This document shows positions 9,433 to 20,400 of a stretch of DNA of 64,000 nucleotides, piece by piece (the first letter of the stretch is position 1; the number at the start of each line of letters is the position of its first letter). Location: contig CM059431.1 in NCBI GenBank assembly GCA_030390025.1, positions 128,032,001-128,096,000 of the forward strand. The letters run 5' to 3'. This DNA comes from Squalus acanthias (Eukaryota). Position numbers and translations under genes: made by a program. The notes under the pieces were generated by a model. It saw nothing but the letters and a program-made list of their open reading frames with translations, searched no databases and was not told the DNA's origin.

Positions 9433-11096
9433 TGTAGAATTCGCAATTATCGCGATTTGATTAATAAGGAGAAAACACAAAGTTTCGTTCAAACAGCTTT
9501 TTATTTCAGCAGAATGCTGTCAGGTTTAAATTGGACACAAGCAGCCTGTAAAATGGCCGCCGCACCTCGTGACAGACTTTTCAACAGGCAGACAAGATGG
9601 CGTTCCATTAAACATTCTTGCAAGATCGATGACGATTCAGCACAGTGAAGATAATACACGAGACATTATGGGTTCACAGTATAAACATCGATACTGAAAT
9701 CGGTCTCCCAGGTACAAAGGAAAGCCATTGCACCGAGTAATCAAGGGCCCATCCAAAGGACATTAGTATGTAAACTCCCAACGGCTCTACGATGAGAGAG
9801 CCGTTAGCAGGTAGTTATACATGACACTTGGAAGCCCCAAACCCCTCCAGGGAGAACACCGACCGATTTAACAATGGGAGAAGTATTAACAGGTACTCAA
9901 ACATTCATGAGTAGCCCCGAAACCCATTAAGAACGGAGATCACCCATACAGGACATTTGGGCGCCAAACCTTAAACAAAAGAATGGACATTATAGTTGGG
10001 CGGGAAACGGAAGAATTGTGCACTATAATTGCAGGCCCCAAACCGTCCATTCGCTCTCTTGCTCTTGACTCTTGCCTCTTGTTCGTGCTCCTGCATTCGT
10101 GGTTGCTCCTGTGTTTTATCCGGTCGATTCGTAACCTCGTGGCTGCTCCTGTGTAAAAGACTGTTGAACTTTCTGATCCGTTCGGATCTACCTCGTGTCG
10201 CGTAACGAAGACCTATGTTGGTAACTGGCAGCGGAACCAAAGGCCCGAGATGAGATGAGATGAGATGAGATGAGAGGAGAAGAGAAGAAGACCATATCCA
10301 TCGCCACGGTCAGTAAATCCCGACCGCGCCTGTAGGTCGATCAGCCAAGTCTTCTCAAACAGGAAGTTTTCTTCGTTAAACTTTTAACAAGACATATTGC
10401 ATCAACGATAACTGGACTGTGCAAACACATCGTATCAGTGATATTGACAACGGTGCTCCACGATTATACTTTGAAGCCAACCAACAGAGGTCTTCACTAC
10501 AGCGGACGGTCCAGCCGACTGACCGAGCAGCAGAAGCAGTAAACAAGTGGGACCAGGAGATCTCCTGACCAACACGTGGGTGCTGCGGTGAAAAACATCC
10601 GATCAGCTATTCGGGTTTTCTCCGAGTTATTACAAGTGGTGAGCATGAGTCTCGAGATCCTACGAAGCTAGTTTAGGATAGATATTGATAGGGGAGGGTT
10701 TAAAGATTAAGGATATTTGTAATGTGTGCCCTATTTACGTTGTGCCGTTCGTTCCTCGTTTCCCTAAGAGTGATTATAACTGTTTGTAAGATTGTACTGT
10801 CATTAATCTGTGCGTATGACATGTATTTCATAATTTTAAGTATCATGCAATAAAGATTTTCCATTTCGTACCGTTCAAACCAAGTCTACATGAGTTTTAT
10901 CTCCATTACTGCTCTCGCATCTAAGTCCAGTGTCTAGAACCGTAAGGGAGAGTGATTCGAACCACTCACAGGGGTGTCTAGTGTTCCCAGACTGGCTGGA
11001 GACCAGGCCTAGACCCGCACTGACATACAGGCTGCACAGAGCCGCGTGAATCTCACAGGCTACGAGACACGCAGGGTCAGGAGAGAATCCCTTACA
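9433..11096 (+). repeat. Element A 3' LTR (1664 bp)
   Basis: Differs from the 5' LTR by a 10-bp indel (1871-1880) and one substitution seen by eye (G2938/A10634). Confidence 0.96.
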
Positions 11097-11284
11097 CCAC
11101 GACAACCCGAGAGATCGGTACCTGTCATCGTTTGCTCCCAGCGGATGACGTAAGGTGGGACCGCTTCATAGCGGATGTGGGCTCCCCCCTGAATGACACC
11201 AATGTTCTCCACCCGGTACACCGGGGCGGGCTTTGCTGTGTCGCCAAAGACCGGCATACGTAGCACTATACCCATGATGGTCTG
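11097..11284 (-). pseudogene. env: Element B env, middle piece between the A and C insertions
   Basis: Encodes MGIVLRMPVFGDTAKPAPVYRVENIG...DLSGCRG, collinear with A Env. Confidence 0.92.
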
Positions 11285-11478
11285 TGTGGTAACACAATAC
11301 AGCTTCCTGTGACTCGAACTTTATTGCATCACTTCCTGTGATTAGTCCAGGATAAATACTGGACTGAGCAGTTGGATCCTGGAGAGGCATAGAGTAAGAC
11401 CTCTTTTGTATGTAGCACCTTTTTAGTTGATTAAAGCTTACTTTAAGTTCACCACGCGTAAGGCTCATTCTTACGACA
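11285..11478 (+). repeat. Element C 5' LTR
   Basis: Identical to 15533-15726. Confidence 0.95.
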
Positions 11479-11556
11479 ATTTAATCAACTTTGAAAAACT
11501 TCGCACTCAAACTTTTTGGACGAACTCGGAACTAAGGATCCAGGGAATCACCCATC

Positions 11557-14500
11557 ATGGAAAACATCCTTAAACCATCGCGTCTCGACTTGGACCCAAA
11601 CACCCCAGCAGCCGGTAAGGTGTGGAAACACTGGTATCGCACGTTTGACAATTTTCTCGAATATTGCAAGGCTGATGATGACACAAAGTTGCGGATACTC
11701 ATCAACTGTGTCACTCCGAATGTATTTCAGTATGTTGAGGAATGGGGCAGTTACGAGGAGGCAATTCGGACGCTTAAAAGACTATATACTAAGACACCGA
11801 ATGAGGTCTATGCCAGACATCTACTAGCTACAGCCCAACAAGGGCCGGAGGAATCCATTGATAAATTCCTCCAAGAGCTTCGCAGACTTAGTATGGACTG
11901 TAACTTTCAGGCGGCCTCAGCTGAGCTGTACCGTGAAGAAATGATCCGTGATGCTTTCATCTGCGGGCTTGCCTCCCCATTTATACGCCAGCGTCTACTG
12001 GAAAGTAAGACACTTGAGCTTCAGAGAGCTTATGATATGGCTTGCTCTCTAGATCTGGCAAAAAGAAATGCAGACCTTTATACAGTGCCCAGACCTCGGT
12101 CTGCTGCCTTAACTACAGTCAGGCAATTTAAGAGGCCACAAGTGAACTCTATTAGGGAGGACTTTATCCCTGACGATCAATCTGATGACTTCACTGATGA
12201 AGAGGATGATGACCCCACTGTGGCAGCCTCTTGGCAATCTAAGAAATGCTTCTTTTGTGGTGATGAGTTTCACCCTCGGAAATTCTGCCCTGCTCGCAAT
12301 GCGTTTTGCAGTCATTGCAACAAAAAGGGTCATTTTGCAAAGGTTTGCCTATCAAGAGCCTCTACGAGGGCTTATCAAGCTAAGTCCTACCGAACTGCCC
12401 CGGTAAGGGCCTATCAAGATGTTCCGGCTAAAATCTATCGTGCTTCCTCTCGGGTTTTCTCTCGAAGAAACACACCTAGAGTTTCAGCCACTCTTTGTGC
12501 AACGACACCAATTACAGCTGCTTGTCCTCAGAACCTATTCCATGCAGCTACAAAAGCATCAATTAATGGACATACTTTAGATGCCTTAATTGACTCAGGT
12601 AGCACTGATAGTTTCATTAGGGAACAGATTGTTGCAGAGTTAAAGCTACATGTTTTCCCATCGGACCAGGCAATTGCGATGGCTCAGTCATCACTTAATA
12701 CCAGAATTTCTGGCTTTTGTATGGTTGAAATAACACTTAATGGTCACAGGTATCCCTCCACCCGGCTTTCGGTGCTCAAGGACTTATGTAGTGATCTTAT
12801 CTTAGGGCTGGATTTTCAAAAGCAGCATAAGAAGCTCACCATTGAGTTCGGCGGATCCAAACCTGAACTCACTATTTCTAATATACGACCTCGATTACCG
12901 TTCTGTGCATTGTCAGCAACTTCACTGGATGAACCCTCACTGTTTACCAGTATCCCTCCTCGATGCAAACCGATTATAACAAAGTCACGACGTTTCAGTC
13001 AGGAAGACCAGTCTTTTATTGCGGCTGAGATTTCTCGGCTTTTAGCAGAGGATATCATCGAGCCTTGTTCGTCGCCATGGCGCGCCCAGGTCGTTATTGT
13101 TAAGAACCCTCTACAACCTCACAAGAAACGGCTGTGCATTGACTATTCACAGACCATCAATCAATATACGGACTTGGACGCATACCCATTGCCGCGCATC
13201 GATGATATGGTTAATAAACTGGCTGAGTACACGGTGTTCTCAACATATGATCTGAAAAGTGCCTATCATCAGGTACCCTTGAAGGTCTCAGACAAGCAGT
13301 ATACGGCCTTTGAAGCCAATGGACGGCTGTATCAATTTCGTCGCCTCCCCTTTGGGGTCACTAATGGAGTGGCTGTCTTCCAGCGAGCAATGGATGACCT
13401 GGTCAAACAGGAAGACTTGAAGGATACGTTTCCTTATCTGGACAATATTACTGTCGCAGGTCGCAATCAGCGGGAACATGACGCCAATCTCCAACGATTT
13501 TGGGATGCACTCCAGCACCGTAATTTGACATTAAATGCGGCTAAATCCATTGAGTCACAACCAACCATCAACATCCTTGGCTATTGTGTGGGCAATGGCA
13601 TCATTAAACCTGACCCTGAAAGGCTTCGCCCACTCCAAGAGCTCCCGCAACCTAAGAATCCGGCCTCCTTGCACCGGGCCCTCGGCCTGTTTGCATACTA
13701 TGCTAAATGGATTCCTAACTTCTCGGACCGAATCCAACCTCTACTGAAGGCCAGCACATTCCCACTAGACACAGCGGCTGTTGCAGCCTTTAACCTCCTG
13801 AAAAAACAGTTGGAGAAAGCGGCTCTTCACTCCATCGATGAGAGTCTTCCTTTTGTTGTTGAGTGTGATGCCTCGGAGGTGGCGATCTCAGCCACTCTGA
13901 ATCAGGAAGGTCGTCCGGTGGCATTTTTGTCCAGGACTTTTCAAGGGGCTGAGCTACATTATCCTCCAGTCGAGAAAGAAGCTACAGCCATCATAGAGGC
14001 AGTACGGAAGTGGACTCATCTCCTAGCTCGCCAGCACTTTACCTTAATCACGGACCAGCGATCGGTCGCCTTCATGCTCGATAATCGAAAACGGACCAAA
14101 ATTAAAAATAATAAAATCCAGCTTTGGCGGCTGGAATTGGCCTCTTTTGGTTACACCATCCACTATCGACCTGGCAAGGAGAATGTGGCTCCGGATACCC
14201 TCACACGAGCATTCTGCTCCGCCATGGCACCCTCTACGCTCGTAGACATCCATGATGGGTTGTGTCATCCGGGCGTTACTCGCATGCTACACTTCGTGCG
14301 GTCCCGAAATCTCCCATTCTCTACCGGGGATGTAAAGAAGATGTGCTCGGACTGCAGAGTCTGTGCGGAATTGAAACCTCAGTTTTTCCGCCCCTCGGAT
14401 GGTATACTCATACATGCGACCCAGCCAATGCAACGGCTTAGCATCGATTTTAAGGGGCCGTTGCCCTCTTCAACTCGCAACACTTATCTATTGACCATGG

Positions 14501-15513
14501 TCGATGAGTATTCCCGTTTTCCGTTTGCCTTTCCCTGCCCCAATATGCTGACGACCACGGTTATCAGCTGCCTTGAGCAGGTATTTGCTTTCTGTGGCAT
14601 GGCATCCTATGTTCATTCGGATCGGGGCCCTTCTTTTATGTCAGGAGAACTCAAGGCCTATCTCTCGGAACGGGGTATTGCTGCCAGCAGAACGACGCCT
14701 TATCATCCGGTCGGGAATGGGCAAGTCGAGCGTTTTAACGCTATCATCTGGAATGCGGTACGTCTGGCTTTGAGATCTCGGGGCCTACCCAACCAGCAAT
14801 GGGAAGCAGTACTTCCAGACGCATTACACTCCACACGGTCCCTCCTTTCGACCGCCACAAATACGACGCCTCATGAACGGTTCTTCCGATTTCAGCGTCG
14901 CTCATCCTATGGGATATCTCTCCCGTCGTGGCTGACTGCACCGGGACCAGTGCTACTCCGAAGATATGTCCGGGCGTCTAAGAATGACCCCCTGGTAGAT
15001 GAGGTTGAGCTCACTGACGTCAACCCTACCTACGCCTATATTCGGTATCCTGACGGTCGGGAATCTACCGTGTCATTGCGGGATCTGGCTCCCTGCCCGC
15101 CGAAACATAGAGGGACACCAGGGGATGATATTGTACCAGGCACATCTCTGGGCTCACCAGGTGCCTCTCATCACGATCTGGATCTGACGCCGGCTGGTAC
15201 CTCACTCCAGCGTGCCGACCTGGGGCAGACTGACTATGAGCCCGTCGGGGCTCGCACGCGCAGCCACGATCCACCCCGTACCATACGCTCGGAAACGGAT
15301 CTGCCACAGCCCTGCCCGACACCCGTTCGGGCACCAGTACACAGTCAGGATCGTCCTAACCCCTCACAGAGCGGGCTGGATCACTCGGACTCTGGTCCAC
15401 GGCCCGCGGCGGGTAAACGGGCTAGGGGCCCTCTACCGCTACGAGAACCCAAACGGGTGCGGCTCTCCCTCGTCCGGCGGCTACGAAATGGAGGGAGCAT
15501 CCCGGCCTCCTAA
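11557..15513 (+). CDS. Gag-Pol polyprotein (1318 aa): double CCHC, PR, RT, RNase H, IN
   Basis: CFFCGDEFHPRKFCPARNAFCSHCNKKGHFAKVC; LIDSGS; YDLKSAYHQ...LPFG...YLDN; ECDAS; HHCC; SIDF...HSDRG...QVERFN. Confidence 0.95.
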   Translation: MENILKPSRLDLDPNTPAAGKVWKHWYRTFDNFLEYCKADDDTKLRILINCVTPNVFQYVEEWGSYEEAIRTLKRLYTKTPNEVYARHLLATAQQGPEESIDKFLQELRRLSMDCNFQAASAELYREEMIRDAFICGLASPFIRQRLLESKTLELQRAYDMACSLDLAKRNADLYTVPRPRSAALTTVRQFKRPQVNSIREDFIPDDQSDDFTDEEDDDPTVAASWQSKKCFFCGDEFHPRKFCPARNAFCSHCNKKGHFAKVCLSRASTRAYQAKSYRTAPVRAYQDVPAKIYRASSRVFSRRNTPRVSATLCATTPITAACPQNLFHAATKASINGHTLDALIDSGSTDSFIREQIVAELKLHVFPSDQAIAMAQSSLNTRISGFCMVEITLNGHRYPSTRLSVLKDLCSDLILGLDFQKQHKKLTIEFGGSKPELTISNIRPRLPFCALSATSLDEPSLFTSIPPRCKPIITKSRRFSQEDQSFIAAEISRLLAEDIIEPCSSPWRAQVVIVKNPLQPHKKRLCIDYSQTINQYTDLDAYPLPRIDDMVNKLAEYTVFSTYDLKSAYHQVPLKVSDKQYTAFEANGRLYQFRRLPFGVTNGVAVFQRAMDDLVKQEDLKDTFPYLDNITVAGRNQREHDANLQRFWDALQHRNLTLNAAKSIESQPTINILGYCVGNGIIKPDPERLRPLQELPQPKNPASLHRALGLFAYYAKWIPNFSDRIQPLLKASTFPLDTAAVAAFNLLKKQLEKAALHSIDESLPFVVECDASEVAISATLNQEGRPVAFLSRTFQGAELHYPPVEKEATAIIEAVRKWTHLLARQHFTLITDQRSVAFMLDNRKRTKIKNNKIQLWRLELASFGYTIHYRPGKENVAPDTLTRAFCSAMAPSTLVDIHDGLCHPGVTRMLHFVRSRNLPFSTGDVKKMCSDCRVCAELKPQFFRPSDGILIHATQPMQRLSIDFKGPLPSSTRNTYLLTMVDEYSRFPFAFPCPNMLTTTVISCLEQVFAFCGMASYVHSDRGPSFMSGELKAYLSERGIAASRTTPYHPVGNGQVERFNAIIWNAVRLALRSRGLPNQQWEAVLPDALHSTRSLLSTATNTTPHERFFRFQRRSSYGISLPSWLTAPGPVLLRRYVRASKNDPLVDEVELTDVNPTYAYIRYPDGRESTVSLRDLAPCPPKHRGTPGDDIVPGTSLGSPGASHHDLDLTPAGTSLQRADLGQTDYEPVGARTRSHDPPRTIRSETDLPQPCPTPVRAPVHSQDRPNPSQSGLDHSDSGPRPAAGKRARGPLPLREPKRVRLSLVRRLRNGGSIPAS

Positions 15514-15532
15514 TCTTTTGGGGGGGGGAGAA

Positions 15533-15726
15533 TGTGGTAACACAATACAGCTTCCTGTGACTCGAACTTTATTGCATCACTTCCTGTGATTAGTCCAGGA
15601 TAAATACTGGACTGAGCAGTTGGATCCTGGAGAGGCATAGAGTAAGACCTCTTTTGTATGTAGCACCTTTTTAGTTGATTAAAGCTTACTTTAAGTTCAC
15701 CACGCGTAAGGCTCATTCTTACGACA
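15533..15726 (+). repeat. Element C 3' LTR
   Basis: Preceded by a G-rich PPT; identical to the 5' LTR. Confidence 0.95.
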
Positions 15727-17198
15727 GTATGGTTTGACCGTCCGCAGTCCACGGGGACTGGGTATGCCTCTGAGGCTAGCCTGAGCTGGCACGGGCTTAA
15801 TGCGTTCTGAAAAGGGTGGAGCGCCTGCAGGTGTTTGTTACTTATCCAGGACGGGACCAAACCTTGTTTTAAATCCTCCAAATTACTGTGGCCCTCGCCC
15901 AGTAACCACGCCCTGTATAGTATGCACACCTCGTTCTGCGCAGCTTGATCGGATGCGTTCCGATCTTCCCTGATCAGGGCATTTACCGTTCTCGCATTCT
16001 TCTCCAGCTCTGCTATAATCTCTTTTAAGTGTAGTGTCATGTCCTGGTCCTCATGTAACTCAGACCCTACTACTTTGTTTTCGCTTGTGAGGATGCTTTT
16101 TAATTGTGTTTTTAAACCATTGATCTGGGTCTGCAGCTCCACGTTGTCTAGAGCGTTGACCACAGATGTTCCTGTATTAAAGGCAGTGAACATATCGTTC
16201 ACAATACCCCTTCTTTGTCTCCCCACCTGACCCAAAACTTCGTGTGGTGTGGTGTACAAGCTTGTTTTGTCAATCTCTGCAAAATCAAACTCGTAGAATT
16301 TTCTGAACATGTTTGTCAACAGGACCTGGTACAATTGTTCCGTCTCTTTGGGGCACCACTCTGGTAAACGCACCTCGGTGAGATTTAGAATCACCGAAGG
16401 CACCGCGTAATGTACCCCCTGAAATAGTATCTGGTCTGTTGGGACCAGTACCAAACCATTCCTGGGCCCCTTAGTGGTTTTAGGGCACCCTTCCTTCTGA
16501 GCCAAAACCACCAGAATCGTGGGAGGAGCCTTGCGTGGGCGCGTGATGAGTTCAGTTGCGTTTACCGGGATCGGGGAGATTTGAGCTCCGCACCCCTTGG
16601 TGCTGACATCCCACCTCATCCATTTCCCGTTATCCTGCCACTGGTGTACGAAAAATATGGATATACCTTTGGGGCAAACGTATTTCGATCCCCACATACA
16701 AACATATATTCCCTCATCCGGTTCCCACCATTTGTCCCAACAGACTTTCAAGTGTCCGTTAGTCCCCGTAATTGTCCGATGGGTATTGTTACCCAATCGC
16801 TCCCACTCAACCGAGGAATTTCTCATAGTCTTGCTTAACTTCCGTAACCAGCACCATCGGCTCAATGGGACCTTCCCATTGCATGTCAAACAAATCCTTT
16901 TGCCGACGGTGACGCTGATTCTGGGTGCAATGATCCTCACTCTGGGGCACAGTAAAGAAGTCTCTTTGTAGGCAAATCCGGATGCGCTGGAGTATTCCGT
17001 TGAATTCGTTCCCAGCCATCCCGACCACCTTCCCTTGTGGAAATACGTGGCGGTCTCCTCAGCCTTTTGCTCCCCGGTCCCATCCATCGCGATGCGGCCC
17101 GTGTCCCCGGAGCAACCGAACACAACGACATCCTTGGTGAGGCCCCGATAGGCCAATCCATATCCGATCGTTGCGAGCACTATCAGAATCGTTTCCAT
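15727..17198 (-). pseudogene. env: Element B env, N-terminal piece (signal peptide, Ig-like domain, RQRR)
   Basis: Open frame collinear with A Env up to DCGRSNHT, then runs into the element C LTR. Confidence 0.93.
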
Positions 17199-17477
17199 CT
17201 CTCCTGGTTCCTGTGATCAGATAAAATGATGTAGCCAGCCTCCCAAGAGTCTCTGGCTTTTGTGAAGGGTGAGCGGGTCCCTTGACCTCGTCTCACGTAA
17301 AAGGACATGTATGCTGGATAGACTTTAACTATTCCTATCTCTAACTCCCATCATTTTACCATTTACTTTTACAAATTAAGCTACAATCTTACCAAACTCA
17401 TAAAACTATAAACTTAAACTTATAAACTTATCCTAAACTTAAACTGTACAGCGCCGCCCGTTCCCAGGGCGGCCTAC

Positions 17478-20400
17478 CTAAATTCTGTGAAGGCTGCCAC
17501 GAGCTTTTCCCAGTGGTGGGAGGGCACTGACCCCTTCCTTTGATCTGCCGCAGCCTGTCGCCGCTGCGCTGGGACTGGGATCTCCCTGGGCTGCCTTGAC
17601 TTTGAACTTACGCCTGGGGGCGTACGGGGGACTTGACCACGACTTCCTGGGCTGGGGTGTCCAACTTGACCTACGGAGGGCTACTTTGGGCAAGATTTCC
17701 AGGGCCGACGGACCAGGAACCAAGAGTTCCACCGTCATGGCCTGTGGTCCTACCACAGCCGCTGGCTCAGTCTCCCCTGGCTCCGCCACCCTGAACTTGG
17801 GATTTGCAGTTTCTGGCTCCACCCTACTTGGCCCAGTATGTGGTCCTCCACTCGCAATCCCTACCTCCCCCAAGGGCAAGACTTCCAGGGCCGACGGACC
17901 GGGAACCGAGACTTCCACCGTCACGACCTGTGGTCCTACCACAGCCGCTGGCTCCGTCTCCCCTAGCTCCGCCCCCCTGGGCTCGGGATCTGCAGTTTCC
18001 GATTCCACCCTGTGTGGATCTCCACTCGCAGCCCCTATCTCCCCTGAGCTTGAGTCGAGGATGAAACTTTCGTCCTCCGACCCCAGCACCTCTCCGATCG
18101 GGTCACTACCTTGGTTGAGCTCCTCGAGCTCTTCCTCATCTGAATCCCAACACCAAGAAAAGATCCTACACTTTTCTAGAATGTCCTCTCCCCTCAAGCA
18201 GGCTGCTTTACCGGTCTGTGTGCCCTGCGGTCCTACCCGGGGCTGCGAGTCCCCACTCGCAGGTCTGGCCCCTGTGATTGGCCCCTGTGCACCCAGCTTA
18301 TACAACTTGCACTGGTTAATGTGGAACCATTTCGTGCGCCGAGGTACCTTTATGGCGTACACCATGGGACTCGCTTTATCTGCAATACTGTAGGGTCCCA
18401 TATACAGTGGTTCCAAACTCCCTACTCTGGCATAGTTCCTAACCATGACCTGATCTCCGACTTCCCACTCCTGCTTCTTACGAGGTTCCAGCAACAGGCG
18501 ATTGCCCTGATGCTGTCTTCCCATGTTCCCAGCCGCCTGCTCGTAAACCTGCTTCAGGCGCTCCAAGAGGGTCTGGACAAACTTGTCCCTTTCCACCTCT
18601 TTGAGCTGGACCTCAGTGAGCACCGGGGCTAGTAAATGGGTGGGGTGGGGGTTCGCATGATCCTCCCAGTCATCACCTCGTACGGGGAATACCCCGTACT
18701 CTTCGACTGGATGGCCCGGATTCCCATGAGGACTAGAGGCAGAATCTCCGCCCATTTTTGGGGCGAGTTCATAGTCTCTTTCCTCAGCTTCTCCTTGAGG
18801 GTCCGGTTCATGCGTTCAACAATCCCGGATGACTGGGGATTGTGCGCTACGTGCCACTTCCCTTCAATGCCCAAAAGCATGAGGGTGTTCTGCATCACCT
18901 GGCCGGTGAAATGACTCCCTTGGTCTGACTCCACGAAACGGGGGAGTCCCCACCGCGAGAACACTTCCCGGACCAAGATCTTGGCAGTAACCAGCGCCGT
19001 AGCTTTTCTACAGGGGAAGGCTTCTACCCATTTGGAAAACACATCCACCAAGACGAGGCAGTATTTGTAGCCTCCCTGGGTGGTGGGCAGGGGCCCTATG
19101 TAATCGATCTGTATCAACTGCCATGGTCCCTCCACCCTTCTGATGTGCCCCATGTGCACTTTCCTTTTCTGGGGGTCTGGGTTGTTTGCAGCGCACACAA
19201 GACAGTTTGCACAGAACTCGCGGACCTGCTCCCTGAGTCCCGGCCACCATCACGCCTGCTCTACCCGTTGCCAGGTAACCTCGGGCCTGGGGTGCCCTGC
19301 CCCCGGCCCCTCATGAGCCAACTGGAGGAATTCCCTCCTGTGCTGCTGTGGCACAACCCACTGCTCCTCGCGGAACAGCATGCCTTCTTTAACGGAGAGG
19401 GTTGTCGTACTGTACGGGTCCTCTACCTGCTTACCCTCAGTAATCGTTCTGAGAACTGCTTTTAGGGCGGGATCCTGGTTCTGGACGGTCTTAAGGTCTA
19501 GGGGCAGTGCTACCCTGGCGTTCCCGGGATTCCCTTCCCTGCCTTGGATCGCTGCCATGGGTCCGGGTCCATAGGGGTCCCAGAAAATGCCGTTACGGGC
19601 ACCCTCCCTGGCTAGCGCATCCGCCTGCTGGTTGACCTCCCCGCGGGGCTCTGTGGAGGAGTGAGCCTTCACCTTATGGATTTAAATGTCCCCTTCCTCC
19701 CCAAGTGCTGCTAGGATCTTTTCCAGCAAGGGCTTCACCGTTAAAGGTCGCCCGTCCGCGGAGGTATATCCACGGCGGGACCAAATGGCCAGGTATTCCG
19801 TACACGAATTGCACGTAAACATACTGTCCGACAAATTGTGTATGGGGTTGGGAAGATCTCTAGGTGGGTCACTACGTACGCCACCGCAGACGGCTCAGCC
19901 TGCTGCGCGCTCATGGTGCTAGGGAGCTTGATCGCCAGGGCAAGGTTTGCCGCAGGGTCATAAACTCCACACCCTGTGAGTCGTTCGCCAGCGGACACTG
20001 TGCTGGAACCATCAACATAAATTTCGCGACCTGTGGGATGTATCCCGGCCCGCAAACCTATGTTGACCTCCCACACCCCTTCTACCGAACACCGATGGGC
20101 TGTTCTGGGGTATACCAAGTTGGCCGCAAGCCTGGGCTCGCAAAGACCTTTAACTCTAAGATCCATCTGGGAAAGGAGAAGGGTCCAGCGCGCAATTCGA
20201 GTGCTGCTTACGGTCCCATCCTTAATCCTCCCATCTAGAAGCATCTTAGTTGGTGTATGATGGGTGAGGAGAGTGATGGGAGAGAGCCCTGTGAAGATCG
20301 CTGATCTTTTCACAGCCCAATGCGTGGCTAAAAGATGCCTTTCGCAATTGGAGAAACTCCTCTCCACATCCGTTAACACCCTGGTCGAATAGACAACCGG

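Larger units (their letters stand above)
1727..11096 (+). mobile_element. Element A: young pol-less provirus (LTR-gag-readthrough ORF-env-LTR), same family as B
   Basis: TGTA...TACA termini, 4-bp TSD CCAC (1723-1726/11097-11100), near-identical LTRs, intact ORFs, no PR/RT/RH/IN motifs. Confidence 0.95.
11285..15726 (+). mobile_element. Element C: intact Ty3/Gypsy (Mag-like) LTR retrotransposon
   Basis: Identical 194-bp TG...CA LTRs, single gag-pol ORF, PPT at 15520-15532, 5-bp TSD GTCTG/GTATG with one mismatch. Confidence 0.95.

Noticed and set aside
11280..11284. Mismatch in the element C TSD despite identical LTRs
   Set aside because: A single substitution; explained by point mutation, repair at integration or sequencing error.
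15510..15726. Novel C-terminus on the 562-aa Env ORF
   Set aside because: Chance read-through into the antisense LTR of element C after insertion.
17596..18393. 265-aa antisense ORF over the integrase tail
   Set aside because: GC-rich shadow frame with a non-ATG start; only partly open in element A.
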